A stretch of 64,000 nucleotides of DNA from Bdellovibrionota bacterium (GTDB lineage: Bacteria; Bdellovibrionota_G; JALEGL01; DATDPG01). The notes beneath the pieces were generated by a model, which saw only the letters and a list, made by a program, of their open reading frames with translations, did no database searches and was not told the DNA's origin. The DNA lies in contig DATDPG010000019.1 of assembly GCA_035292885.1 (NCBI GenBank), forward strand, positions 59,570 through 123,569. The letters run 5' to 3'. Shown here piece by piece: positions 19,445-28,017 of this stretch (its first letter is position 1; each line of letters opens with the position of its first letter). Both the position numbers and the translations under genes were made by a program.

Positions 19445-20131
19445 ATGCCGCGATGGGGAATGGTGATCGATCTCGATAAGTGCACCGGCTGCGGCGCTTG
19501 CGTGGCCGGGTGCAAAGTGGAGAACAATGTCGCCGTCGGCTCGGCTGAACTCGGGCGGGAAAACCGAGCCATGTTCTGGATGGAGATGGTGAAGTTCGTG
19601 GAAGGGGAACACTATCCCGATGTGCGGATTCGGTACGTGCCGCGGCCTTGCTTTCAATGCGACAACCCACCGTGCACCCGTGTTTGTCCCGTCCGCGCGA
19701 CGTATCTCTCCGATGAGGGGATTGTGGCCCAAATCTACGCCCGCTGCATCGGATGTCGCTATTGCCAAGCGGCCTGCCCGTACACCGTCAAGTCTTTCAA
19801 CTGGTACGAGCCGAAGTGGAGCCAAGAACGGTCCAGTTGCTTGAATCCCGATGTGTCTCAGCGGCCGAAAGGGGTCGTGGAGAAGTGCACGTTTTGTCAC
19901 CACCGCCTGCAGGTGGCGCGGGAGAAAGCACGGGCCGAAAACCGATCTCTCCGCGAGGAGGATTACAAAGTGGCTTGCCAGGACGCCTGTCCGGCCGGAG
20001 CGATATTGTTCGGAGACTTGGAAGACAAGTCGACGCAGGTGTTCAAGCTCAGCAAGAGTCCGCGTGCCCAACGTCTCATGGAAGATCTCGGAACCGAGCC
20101 GAAGGTCTTCTACCTTTCGAGGGGAGGATGA
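19445..20131 (+). CDS. 4x[4Fe-4S] ferredoxin-type electron-transfer subunit (PsrB/NrfC/ActB2-like)
   Basis: Four Cys clusters (CTGCGACVAGC, CFQCDNPPC, CIGCRYCQAAC, CTFCHHR). The start abuts the MopB stop. Confidence 0.85.
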   Translation: MPRWGMVIDLDKCTGCGACVAGCKVENNVAVGSAELGRENRAMFWMEMVKFVEGEHYPDVRIRYVPRPCFQCDNPPCTRVCPVRATYLSDEGIVAQIYARCIGCRYCQAACPYTVKSFNWYEPKWSQERSSCLNPDVSQRPKGVVEKCTFCHHRLQVAREKARAENRSLREEDYKVACQDACPAGAILFGDLEDKSTQVFKLSKSPRAQRLMEDLGTEPKVFYLSRGG

Positions 20132-20132
20132 C

Positions 20133-21485
20133 ATGAAAGCCCGGCCGGAAGATCTGGGAGCGGAGGAACATCTCCTCAAACCGCTTCATCGGGTTTCCCC
20201 GAAGCTTCTCGTTCTTTGCGGCCTGCTTTTCCTGGCGGTTCTCAACATGCTCTTCGCCTTCGCGGGACAGGTTTGGTTCGGTCTCGGTGTCACCGGAATG
20301 AATCAGCCGGTGACGTGGGGTTTCTATATCGTCAACTTCGTCTTCTTCATCGGGATCAGCCACGCGGGGACGCTCATTTCCGCGATCCTGCGCTTGTCAC
20401 AGGCTGAATGGAGGCGGCCCATCACGCGAATGGCGGAAGTCATTACGGCCCTCGTTCTTGCGATCGGCGGTATCCAGCCGATCATCGATCTGGGAAGGCC
20501 GGACCGGGTCTTCAATATCTTTACGTCGGGCAGACTCCAGTCGCCGCTTTTGTGGGATGTGACGTCGATATCGGCCTATTTTATGGCCAGCACGGTCTTT
20601 CTCTATTTGCCCCTCATTCCGGATATCGCGCTTCTTCGGGACCGGGGAGGAAAGCTTCGCTGGGCCTACGACCTGATGTCCTGGGGATATCGCGGGACGG
20701 AACGCCAGAAGCACGTGCTGGAACGAGCCATGACGATCATGATGATCATTGTCATCCCGATCGCCGTATCCGTTCATACGGTGATCTCCTACATCTTCGC
20801 CATGACGATTCAGCCGGGGTGGCACAGCACGATCTTCGGCCCTTATTTCGTGTGCGGGGCGATCTTTTCCGGAATCGCGGCGCTCTTGATCGTCATGATC
20901 GCCTTTCGGAAGGCCTATCACCTGGAGGACTACTTAAAACCCATTCACTTCTCCTACCTGGGACAACTTCTTTTGATCATGTCGCTCCTCTGGTTTTACT
21001 TCACGTTTTCGGAATACCTTACGGCCTTCTTCGGGAACGAACCGCAGGAACTTCGTGTCGTGAATTATAAATTTACGGGGGCATACTGGCCGCTCTTCTG
21101 GGGGATGATCGTCGCGAACTTCGTCATTCCGGTGGCTCTTTTGAGTTCACCCAAAATCCGAACCATCCCGAACATCTTGGTGGCGTCGATCTGCGTGGTG
21201 ATCGGAATGTGGCTGGAGCGATTAAACATCGTGGTTCCGTCGCTCGCGAATCCGAGGCTCCCATACGCGACGGGCTTCTATATTCCCTCGTACACCGAAT
21301 GGTCCCTTTTCTTAGGGATGGCGGCGCTTTTCGTCTTGATGTTCATCGGCTTCTCCAAGTTTTTCCCGCTCATCTCGGTTTGGGAAATTCAGGAAGGGAG
21401 GACGCACGGCGTGAAAGAGGTGACCGAAAGGGTCGAGAGCTACCTTCCTCCGATGGCGCTCGAAGGAAAGGGGCGGGATTCATGA
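20133..21485 (+). CDS. NrfD/PsrC-family polytopic membrane quinol-interacting subunit (ActC-like)
   Basis: 450 aa with about 10 TM helices. NrfD-like. RBS gaggggagg. Start placed 2 nt after the FeS-subunit stop; ORF 19851..21485 is an upstream extension of this gene. Confidence 0.85.
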   Translation: MKARPEDLGAEEHLLKPLHRVSPKLLVLCGLLFLAVLNMLFAFAGQVWFGLGVTGMNQPVTWGFYIVNFVFFIGISHAGTLISAILRLSQAEWRRPITRMAEVITALVLAIGGIQPIIDLGRPDRVFNIFTSGRLQSPLLWDVTSISAYFMASTVFLYLPLIPDIALLRDRGGKLRWAYDLMSWGYRGTERQKHVLERAMTIMMIIVIPIAVSVHTVISYIFAMTIQPGWHSTIFGPYFVCGAIFSGIAALLIVMIAFRKAYHLEDYLKPIHFSYLGQLLLIMSLLWFYFTFSEYLTAFFGNEPQELRVVNYKFTGAYWPLFWGMIVANFVIPVALLSSPKIRTIPNILVASICVVIGMWLERLNIVVPSLANPRLPYATGFYIPSYTEWSLFLGMAALFVLMFIGFSKFFPLISVWEIQEGRTHGVKEVTERVESYLPPMALEGKGRDS

Positions 21486-21715
21486 CGAAAAAGAAAATTC
21501 TTTTTTTCAGCCAGCTCGTCTCTCTGGCGGGGATCTGGGTCTTCGTCTTGGGAATCAGCGTCTGGATTCTCCATCTCATCCGGATGGCCAACAAGCTTCA
21601 TGACGCTCCGACGGCGTCCGTATCGATCAGCCTGGTGGCCATTCCCGTCTTTCTCACAGGCGCGAGCGTGCTGACATATGTCTTCGTCGGCATACAGAGA
21701 GGTGGAAAGGAATAA
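21482..21715 (+). CDS. small two-TM membrane protein, translationally coupled (ActD-like position)
   Basis: ATGA overlap with the NrfD stop. 77 aa with two hydrophobic helices. Confidence 0.45.
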   Translation: MTKKKILFFSQLVSLAGIWVFVLGISVWILHLIRMANKLHDAPTASVSISLVAIPVFLTGASVLTYVFVGIQRGGKE

Positions 21716-21719
21716 TGCG

Positions 21720-22931
21720 ATGAACGGGCGGATTCCGATGGCCGTGTTCACCGTCGTTTTGGGCGCATCCTTCATGCTCGGCGGCTTCGCTCGGAGTGAG
21801 GAGGAGAATTGGCTTCCATCGGAGCCGCTCAAGGGGCGAGTTGTCTTCGAGCAAAAGCACTGCCCGCAGTGCCATTCGATCGGAGGCGCGAAAGGCGGGG
21901 TCGGTCCCGATTTAGCCGAAGCGGGAACGTATTTTCACGGGAGCTTTCTCCAGCTCTCATCCATTTTATGGAACCACATTCCGGACATGCTGGTGGAATA
22001 CAAAACGCGAAATCTTTCTTGGCCGAGTTTCTCCGAGGACGAGGTCGGCTATCTGATTTCCTATCTGTACTATCTGCGATACTTGGGAAGCCCGGGCGAT
22101 GTCGCCAACGGCCAGCGCCTCCTCCAGACGAAAGGGTGCGTCGCCTGTCATGCCGTCGGGAAACAAAAAAAGGCGGGGGACGCGCCTCCGCTGGATCAGC
22201 TCAAGAAATATGTTTCGCCGCTCTACCTGGTGCAGGCGGTTTGGAATCACGGGCCCCGGATGCAGCGGATGATCGAACAAAAGGGAATCAAGCGGCCGAC
22301 ATTCGACGGTCAGGAAATCAGCGACATGAGCGCGTACATCCGCAACGTAAGCCGCTGGAACACCGAGGAGAAAGTGTATCTCTCCCCGGGCGATCCGAAG
22401 AACGGAGAACGGGTGTTTGAAAGCAAGGGGTGCGTCAAGTGTCACTCCGAACAAAGGGGGAGGAAGCGGGCGCCGTCGCTGGAGAAGTCGAGCCTGAATG
22501 AGAGCGCGGCGGGCATCGCGGCGCTGATGTGGAACCATGCGGATGTCATGATGAGTTCGATGAAAGAGGAGAAAATCAGCTGGCCGACGTTCGAAGGGCG
22601 CGAGATGCCCGATCTGGTCGCATACCTGTTCTTTCTGGATTTTCTGGAACCGCCGGGAAACGCCGCAAAGGGCAAGGAGCTATTCGGCCAGAAACAATGT
22701 TCCTACTGTCATTCGATCCACGGAGCCGGGGGTACCATCGGACCCGATCTCGCGGTCGTCGGTTCTCTTTCCTCCACCCGGTCGATCCTCCGGATGATGG
22801 TGAATCACGCGGAAAACATGTCGGAAGCCGTCCTGGGCGCCGGGAAAGCCTGGCCGGTTCTGGGCGGTGACGAGATGAATAACATCTTCGCGTACTTAAA
22901 AAGCGTCGAACGGAAAGAAAAAAAGAAATAG
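21720..22931 (+). CDS. tetraheme cytochrome c built of four class-I cytochrome c domains
   Basis: Signal peptide. Four CxxCH motifs, each followed by GPDL and a distal MWNH motif (candidate Met ligand). RBS ggaaagg. Paralog of the gene at 37130..38365. Confidence 0.75.
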   Translation: MNGRIPMAVFTVVLGASFMLGGFARSEEENWLPSEPLKGRVVFEQKHCPQCHSIGGAKGGVGPDLAEAGTYFHGSFLQLSSILWNHIPDMLVEYKTRNLSWPSFSEDEVGYLISYLYYLRYLGSPGDVANGQRLLQTKGCVACHAVGKQKKAGDAPPLDQLKKYVSPLYLVQAVWNHGPRMQRMIEQKGIKRPTFDGQEISDMSAYIRNVSRWNTEEKVYLSPGDPKNGERVFESKGCVKCHSEQRGRKRAPSLEKSSLNESAAGIAALMWNHADVMMSSMKEEKISWPTFEGREMPDLVAYLFFLDFLEPPGNAAKGKELFGQKQCSYCHSIHGAGGTIGPDLAVVGSLSSTRSILRMMVNHAENMSEAVLGAGKAWPVLGGDEMNNIFAYLKSVERKEKKK

Positions 22932-22945
22932 CCCCTATTAAATGG

Positions 22946-23512
22946 CTACCTTCGCAATTTAGACAGAAGGGAGGCCAGTGTTCGAGCTTCCCCGGCGCCA
23001 TACCGGCGGGTCAATTTCTTCAGGAGCGGGAGATCCAGCTTTTCACGCGAGACCTCCAATACCCCTCGCACGTCATCCATATCTTTAGGTCCCCCGGCGA
23101 AGATTTTCATCGCAATAAAATCCTCCGCCCCAATGATCCGTATGTGGCCTCCCATAAAGGCGGCCTCCAGAGCTCTGGACAGAGCTCCCGCTTCCATCCC
23201 TCGAATTCCCAACAACAAATCCACTCGGTTTTCGTAGGCATCCGCAAGCATGAGTACCGCCGTCACCGGGTCATCGACATCTCCTTTACTCAATTCCACA
23301 AGAAAACCCGCCCGATGCATCTCCTTTTCAAGTTCAGGCAAGTCGCCTGATGGCAGCGAAATGACTACATCCGCGTCTTGGCTGGCGCGAACCAGACCAT
23401 GGAAAGCGGCAGCAATCGCACCCACCACGGCATACGGAATCTTCAAATGATTCAAGATGTCGACCGCGTCCAAGAGGAGCAGCGTGGATTGTCCAGGTCC
23501 CGTTGTCTTCAT
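22946..23512 (-). CDS. pol-beta-superfamily nucleotidyltransferase-fold protein (uncharacterised)
   Basis: AVVGAIAAAFHGLVRASQDADVVI fits the G[SG]...DxD NTase motif. 188 aa. Confidence 0.4.
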   Translation of the reverse strand: MKTTGPGQSTLLLLDAVDILNHLKIPYAVVGAIAAAFHGLVRASQDADVVISLPSGDLPELEKEMHRAGFLVELSKGDVDDPVTAVLMLADAYENRVDLLLGIRGMEAGALSRALEAAFMGGHIRIIGAEDFIAMKIFAGGPKDMDDVRGVLEVSREKLDLPLLKKLTRRYGAGEARTLASLLSKLRR

Positions 23513-23691
23513 GGAAATCGATCTCGCTCTGCCTTTCGGTTAGAGCGAAAGGACTTCCCGATCCTGTGGATCTCCATCACAAGACGGGAATGTTCCGCAT
23601 AGGCGATCAGGCGCTGCTCCGGCGACATACGCCGGGCACTTTCGATAAGCTTTCGCCGCATCCGTTCGCCGAGTCTGGATCTCTTTTTCAC
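23509..23691 (-). CDS. small basic hypothetical protein upstream of the NTase gene
   Basis: 60-aa ORF abutting the NTase start. No recognisable motif. Confidence 0.2.
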   Translation of the reverse strand: MKKRSRLGERMRRKLIESARRMSPEQRLIAYAEHSRLVMEIHRIGKSFRSNRKAERDRFP

Positions 23692-23835
23692 ACGATGAGC
23701 ATATATCCAATTCGGAAAGGGCGGATAACTTTTCAGCGTAATTCTAGTCCTGGAACTACCTGAGTTCTGAAATCACGAGATCGGCGTCGTATACGGCGCC
23801 GGAGGAGATGGCGGAGGGACTTCCGCCGGGGTATG

Positions 23836-25218
23836 TCAGTCGCCGACCTCGCACTCCTGGAGGCTCCATGCGGGAAGCGAAGAATTACTTTCCTTGCCGA
23901 TCGACCGAAGCCTATAAAGGACGTCGCTCACCTGGACGACCTCGTATCCCCTGTAGTCCCAGCCCATCCGGCAGCGGGAATCTCCCGGGCATGTCATCCA
24001 TTCGGCGCAGCCGCCTTCGGGATCTCTCCTGTAGCATTCCGGGTGAGGACGCATCAACGGACATTGGTAGTCTCCGCTCAAACCGACCTTGGTCTCGAGG
24101 CATCCGTCCCAATTGGGATCGCCACCAAAAGCCTGAGTATCGTACGTTGGGGAAGAGGAGTAGTTGTTCGTATACGTCCCCGGGTTGAATGTGACTTTCG
24201 CGGTGTAACCCAACGCGTGGGTGGTTTGGCATTCAACGACGTCCGGTTTGCAGTTCTTGTCCATGCCATTGCCAAAAACATCCGGAGCCGTGGAATAGAC
24301 CGTCGGATCGTCGTCCTTGCAGTCGGTTCCCCCCGAAGTCATGTTCGCCTCTCCGTCTCCATCGTTATCCGCGTTGGTCGGATCGGTCAGCGGCTGCGTT
24401 GTCACCTCCTCGTAATCGGTCCGGCCGTCGCGATCCGTGTCTTTCGCCAAAGGGTCGGTCCTATAGGTGTGGACTTCCACGCCGTCATGAAGTCCGTCCC
24501 CATCCGTGTCGACGGACGCCGGGTCGGTTCCATAGGTCGACTCTTCGGGATCGCTCAGACCGTCGCCGTCCGAATCCGGGGGGCCGTACAAAAATCCACC
24601 TTCGAGGACGGACGAGCAACCGTCGGGATTTGCAGCCACAACATCCACCTTGCACGTGCCGGCACAGACGTGGTCTAGGCTTGGGACCGCTACGCCGATC
24701 GTCGAGTGGCTTACGGTCCCCTCGTACCTTGCTCGTTCGCCGCCGATGGAAACGATGGCCGAACCAGCTAAATCGACCACAAAATTTTCCCCCGATACAT
24801 CGACGTGCGTGTCCATCCTTCCGGAATTTGGAGTTAATGCCGTAATTTTCGGACGGGTCGTGCAGAGGGTCGCTCGCGTGTATGTGAAAGCATCAAAAAA
24901 ATCAGCCTTCCGCCCCTGAGCGTCGACCAAGGACACATCGACGGCTCCGACACTGTCACCGGCCGGCACCTGGACTTCAATCGCCGAGTCTTCGGCATGC
25001 AGGATCGCCGCCTCTCTTGAGGCGAAAAGAACCTTGCGAACCTCCCCGAAGCCCTTCCCGAGGATGGTGACCACCGATCCGCCTTCCCCCGAACCGGGCT
25101 CAATTCCAAGAAACGTCACGCTTTGCTGGAAGGACGTTGTTTCGCCATCGGGAGATGAACAGAAACAAAGCAAGAGACAGAGGGGGGCTACCCCAGCGAT
25201 CAGGTTCGGCTTCCGCAT
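23836..25218 (-). CDS. cell-surface lipoprotein with IPT/TIG-like domains, TSP3-type Ca-binding repeats and a Cys-rich metal-binding-like motif
   Basis: Signal plus Cys lipobox. Repeated DxDxDGxxDxxE motifs (DSDGDGLSDPEE, DTDGDGLHDGVE, DTDRDGRTDYEE, DNDGDGEANMTS). GTDCKDDDPTVY...NGMDKNC. Confidence 0.6.
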   Translation of the reverse strand: MRKPNLIAGVAPLCLLLCFCSSPDGETTSFQQSVTFLGIEPGSGEGGSVVTILGKGFGEVRKVLFASREAAILHAEDSAIEVQVPAGDSVGAVDVSLVDAQGRKADFFDAFTYTRATLCTTRPKITALTPNSGRMDTHVDVSGENFVVDLAGSAIVSIGGERARYEGTVSHSTIGVAVPSLDHVCAGTCKVDVVAANPDGCSSVLEGGFLYGPPDSDGDGLSDPEESTYGTDPASVDTDGDGLHDGVEVHTYRTDPLAKDTDRDGRTDYEEVTTQPLTDPTNADNDGDGEANMTSGGTDCKDDDPTVYSTAPDVFGNGMDKNCKPDVVECQTTHALGYTAKVTFNPGTYTNNYSSSPTYDTQAFGGDPNWDGCLETKVGLSGDYQCPLMRPHPECYRRDPEGGCAEWMTCPGDSRCRMGWDYRGYEVVQVSDVLYRLRSIGKESNSSLPAWSLQECEVGD

Positions 25219-25497
25219 GTCAGTCTTTGCTTAAAGGGAACCCCCTTTGTTTCAGCTGCTACGATCCACCGACGACAGGTTTGTTGTATCCCCATACCTT
25301 CTCCGGGGGCCAATGCAGCAACCGGTGTGCCAGGTATATATTATGTTGGAAGTTTAAGAAGTTACGTAAAATCGTTCGTCAAAAGGCCGCAAAGTTTGAA
25401 TGAAGTTCTGCGCTGCTTGGGCAGAATGTCGGCGACGAACGTTGCGTTATCCAAGGCACGTAGCAATCGGCTTCACACACTCTTATAGTTCACGACG

Positions 25498-26397
25498 GTG
25501 TTGATCGTTTCGATACTGACTGGGGTAGCGATATCGGCTGCCGCCCCCGCTTCCACCAAGGTCGCGTTTTTGGCCGATCATGGGTACAGCGAAACAACCG
25601 ATGCCGTTTTCCGGATGGTTCGAAACGAAGGCGCTTCCCTGCTCGTGATTCAAGGCGATCTCGACTACAAGAGCGACGCCCAACAATGGGAGGAAATGAT
25701 CAACAGGACGTTGGGAGAGAATTTTCCGGTCCTCGTGGCTCCCGGCGACGAGGAATTTAAGCGCTGGAAAGACTACCAAACTGTCTTCCGCCGCCGCCTC
25801 GAACGAGCCAAAGAAGTTTCATGCGAGGGTGACCCTGGAATCCGTTCCACGTGCACGTTCCGCAATCTTCGGGTTCTGTTGCTCGGGGTGGGGTTGACCG
25901 GCGACGACTATTCTTCCTACATCCGCAATCCGGCTATCCATGGGAAGGAACCGTGGAAAATCTGCTCCTGGCATCTTAACCAGCGCCTCCTTCAGATCGA
26001 GAAGAAACCGGACGAAGCCGGATGGGACGCCTATGAAGCCTGCCGTGAGATCGGCGCGATCGTGGCAAACGGCCACGCGCACGTCTATGCCCGGACACAT
26101 CTATTGTCGAAAATGAATCCGCCGACCATCCTCTCGAAGGAACCGGTTCTTACGATCGCGCCCGGTCAGACGTTTCTCTTCATCAGCGGCATCGGCGGAA
26201 AATCAATCCGAAAGCAAAAGGACACCCTGGCCGCCAACCCCTGGTGGGCTACTGTTTATACCCGAAAACAACATGCCGATTTCGGTGCGCTCTTTTGTTC
26301 GTTCGGCGCCCAAGAGAAAAAGCCCAAAGGAGACTGCTACTTCAAAGACATTCAAGGCCGAGTCGTAGACCGTTTCGAGCTTCTCAGTCTTTTGTAG
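25498..26397 (+). CDS. calcineurin-like metallophosphoesterase
   Basis: GDLDY, GDEE and ANGHAHVY motifs. GTG start inferred. Confidence 0.5.
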   Translation: MLIVSILTGVAISAAAPASTKVAFLADHGYSETTDAVFRMVRNEGASLLVIQGDLDYKSDAQQWEEMINRTLGENFPVLVAPGDEEFKRWKDYQTVFRRRLERAKEVSCEGDPGIRSTCTFRNLRVLLLGVGLTGDDYSSYIRNPAIHGKEPWKICSWHLNQRLLQIEKKPDEAGWDAYEACREIGAIVANGHAHVYARTHLLSKMNPPTILSKEPVLTIAPGQTFLFISGIGGKSIRKQKDTLAANPWWATVYTRKQHADFGALFCSFGAQEKKPKGDCYFKDIQGRVVDRFELLSLL

Positions 26398-26427
26398 CGT
26401 AGCTCCGGGTCGGATACGATCCCAGGC

Positions 26428-28017
26428 GTGAAGCGTTCGGCCCAGGTCGTTCAACCGGTACCGCCTTCTGGGGAGGTGGGGCGGGAGTATCCGGGCTTAT
26501 ACGAAGAACTCGACCAGCTGCGACGAAAGCGGTTGACGCTGGTGGCTACCGTCGGCGCGTTGATGTGCCTCACGATTCAAGTGATCAACTTCTGGACCCA
26601 AGCCGGCCCGCGGATCTATCCGCGGATGGAACCGGAGATCCTCGATCGGGCCACACTGCTCTTTCACGCCGCTTCGTTTCTTTCAGCCGCTTTCCTGTTT
26701 CGAATTCGTTCGCTTCAGACACAGACGGTTCTCGCTCTCGATCTCCTCTTGTTTGGGTTGAACATTCTCGCTCGATCCCTTGCGACGATCTGCATCGTTG
26801 AAACGGGCGATCATTTTCCGGGAATCGAGGGTATTTCCCTTGCGGTGATTTTGCATGGGGTATTCGTTCCGACCGGTATCACGATACCGATTGTGCTCGG
26901 CGCCTTGGCCACGATCTCCTTCCCGTTGGCCCAAATCGCGGGTTTACACTGGTTCGACTCGATCGCCGCACATTGGCAACAAGTAAGTGGGGCGGAGCCG
27001 TTTGCGTTCTTGCTTACTTTGAACACGCTTACGATCGCCTTTTTCGCCTTTCTCGGCGTTCTGGCCAACCGCGTTTTTTACGGCCTCGCCCGGGACGCCT
27101 ACCGCGCCAAACAGCTTGGGAATTATCTCATTGAAGGGGAACTCGGTTCGGGCGGGATGGGAAAAATTTTGATCGGACGGCATCGTCTGATGCGCCGGCC
27201 GACGGCGATCAAAGTTTTGCGGGCCGAGTTTTTGGGCGGGCCGGAAGCCTTGGCTCGTTTCGAGCGCGAAGTCGAACTGGCGTCAAAGCTTACGCATCCC
27301 AACACAATCGCCATATATGATTTCGGACGTTCGGCCGACGGAACCTTTTACTACGCCATGGAAATGCTCAAGGGGTTAAACCTCCAGGAACTCGTGGATC
27401 AATACGGTCCTCTTCCCTCGCCGCGGGCCGTGCATATCGTAAAGCAAATTTGCGGATCGCTGGCGGAAGCGCATTCGATGGGTGTCGTCCATCGCGACAT
27501 TAAACCGAGCAATATTTTTCTCACGCAGCGCGGAGGTCTGGACGACTTCGTCAAAGTCATCGATTTCGGTTTGGCCAAACAGGTCGCCACGCCCGACGTG
27601 CCGGGTGAGGGCCTTACGGAGGCCGGGCGTCTGTTCGGCACGCCGCATTTTATGGCGCCGGAGACGGCATACGGAGCCGATCGAGCGAGTCCTCAGTCCG
27701 ATATCTACAGCCTGGGCGCGGTCGCTTATTGGCTTGTAACCGGAAAGCGGCTCTTCGACGGCACTCCGGCGGAAATATTGGCCGCGCATGTGAAGACGGT
27801 ACCGAAGCCGCCTTCAAAAGTTTCAGAGGTTCAGATTCCGGCCTCACTCGAACAGACGATACTTACCTGCCTAAAGAAAAAACCGGAGGAGCGACACAAA
27901 TCGGCGATGGAAATCTTCACCGCGCTGGACGGCATCGAAGGGACATCACGTTGGTCAAACGCACAAGCGAGAGAGTGGTGGGAGATCCACCATCCGGGTC
28001 TGTTCACGCATCTTTGA
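26428..28017 (+). CDS. Ser/Thr protein kinase with N-terminal polytopic membrane domain
   Basis: About 230 aa of N-terminal TM helices, then a canonical Hanks kinase (GSGGMGKI, AIKVL, HRDIKPSN, DFGLAK, GTPHFMAPE). GTG start. Confidence 0.8.
   Translation: MKRSAQVVQPVPPSGEVGREYPGLYEELDQLRRKRLTLVATVGALMCLTIQVINFWTQAGPRIYPRMEPEILDRATLLFHAASFLSAAFLFRIRSLQTQTVLALDLLLFGLNILARSLATICIVETGDHFPGIEGISLAVILHGVFVPTGITIPIVLGALATISFPLAQIAGLHWFDSIAAHWQQVSGAEPFAFLLTLNTLTIAFFAFLGVLANRVFYGLARDAYRAKQLGNYLIEGELGSGGMGKILIGRHRLMRRPTAIKVLRAEFLGGPEALARFEREVELASKLTHPNTIAIYDFGRSADGTFYYAMEMLKGLNLQELVDQYGPLPSPRAVHIVKQICGSLAEAHSMGVVHRDIKPSNIFLTQRGGLDDFVKVIDFGLAKQVATPDVPGEGLTEAGRLFGTPHFMAPETAYGADRASPQSDIYSLGAVAYWLVTGKRLFDGTPAEILAAHVKTVPKPPSKVSEVQIPASLEQTILTCLKKKPEERHKSAMEIFTALDGIEGTSRWSNAQAREWWEIHHPGLFTHL

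Noticed and set aside
17366-20179. Minus-strand ORFs 17366..17875, 18131..18997 and 19088..20179 inside the MopB and FeS genes
   Set aside because: Antisense shadow ORFs. The sense frames have a TAT signal and Fe-S cysteine motifs.
19851-21485. 544-aa ORF as given in the track
   Set aside because: The N-terminal 94 aa overlap the Fe-S subunit gene in another frame. The true start is the ATG at 20133 preceded by an RBS. The same logic applies to 21209..21715, whose true start is 21482.
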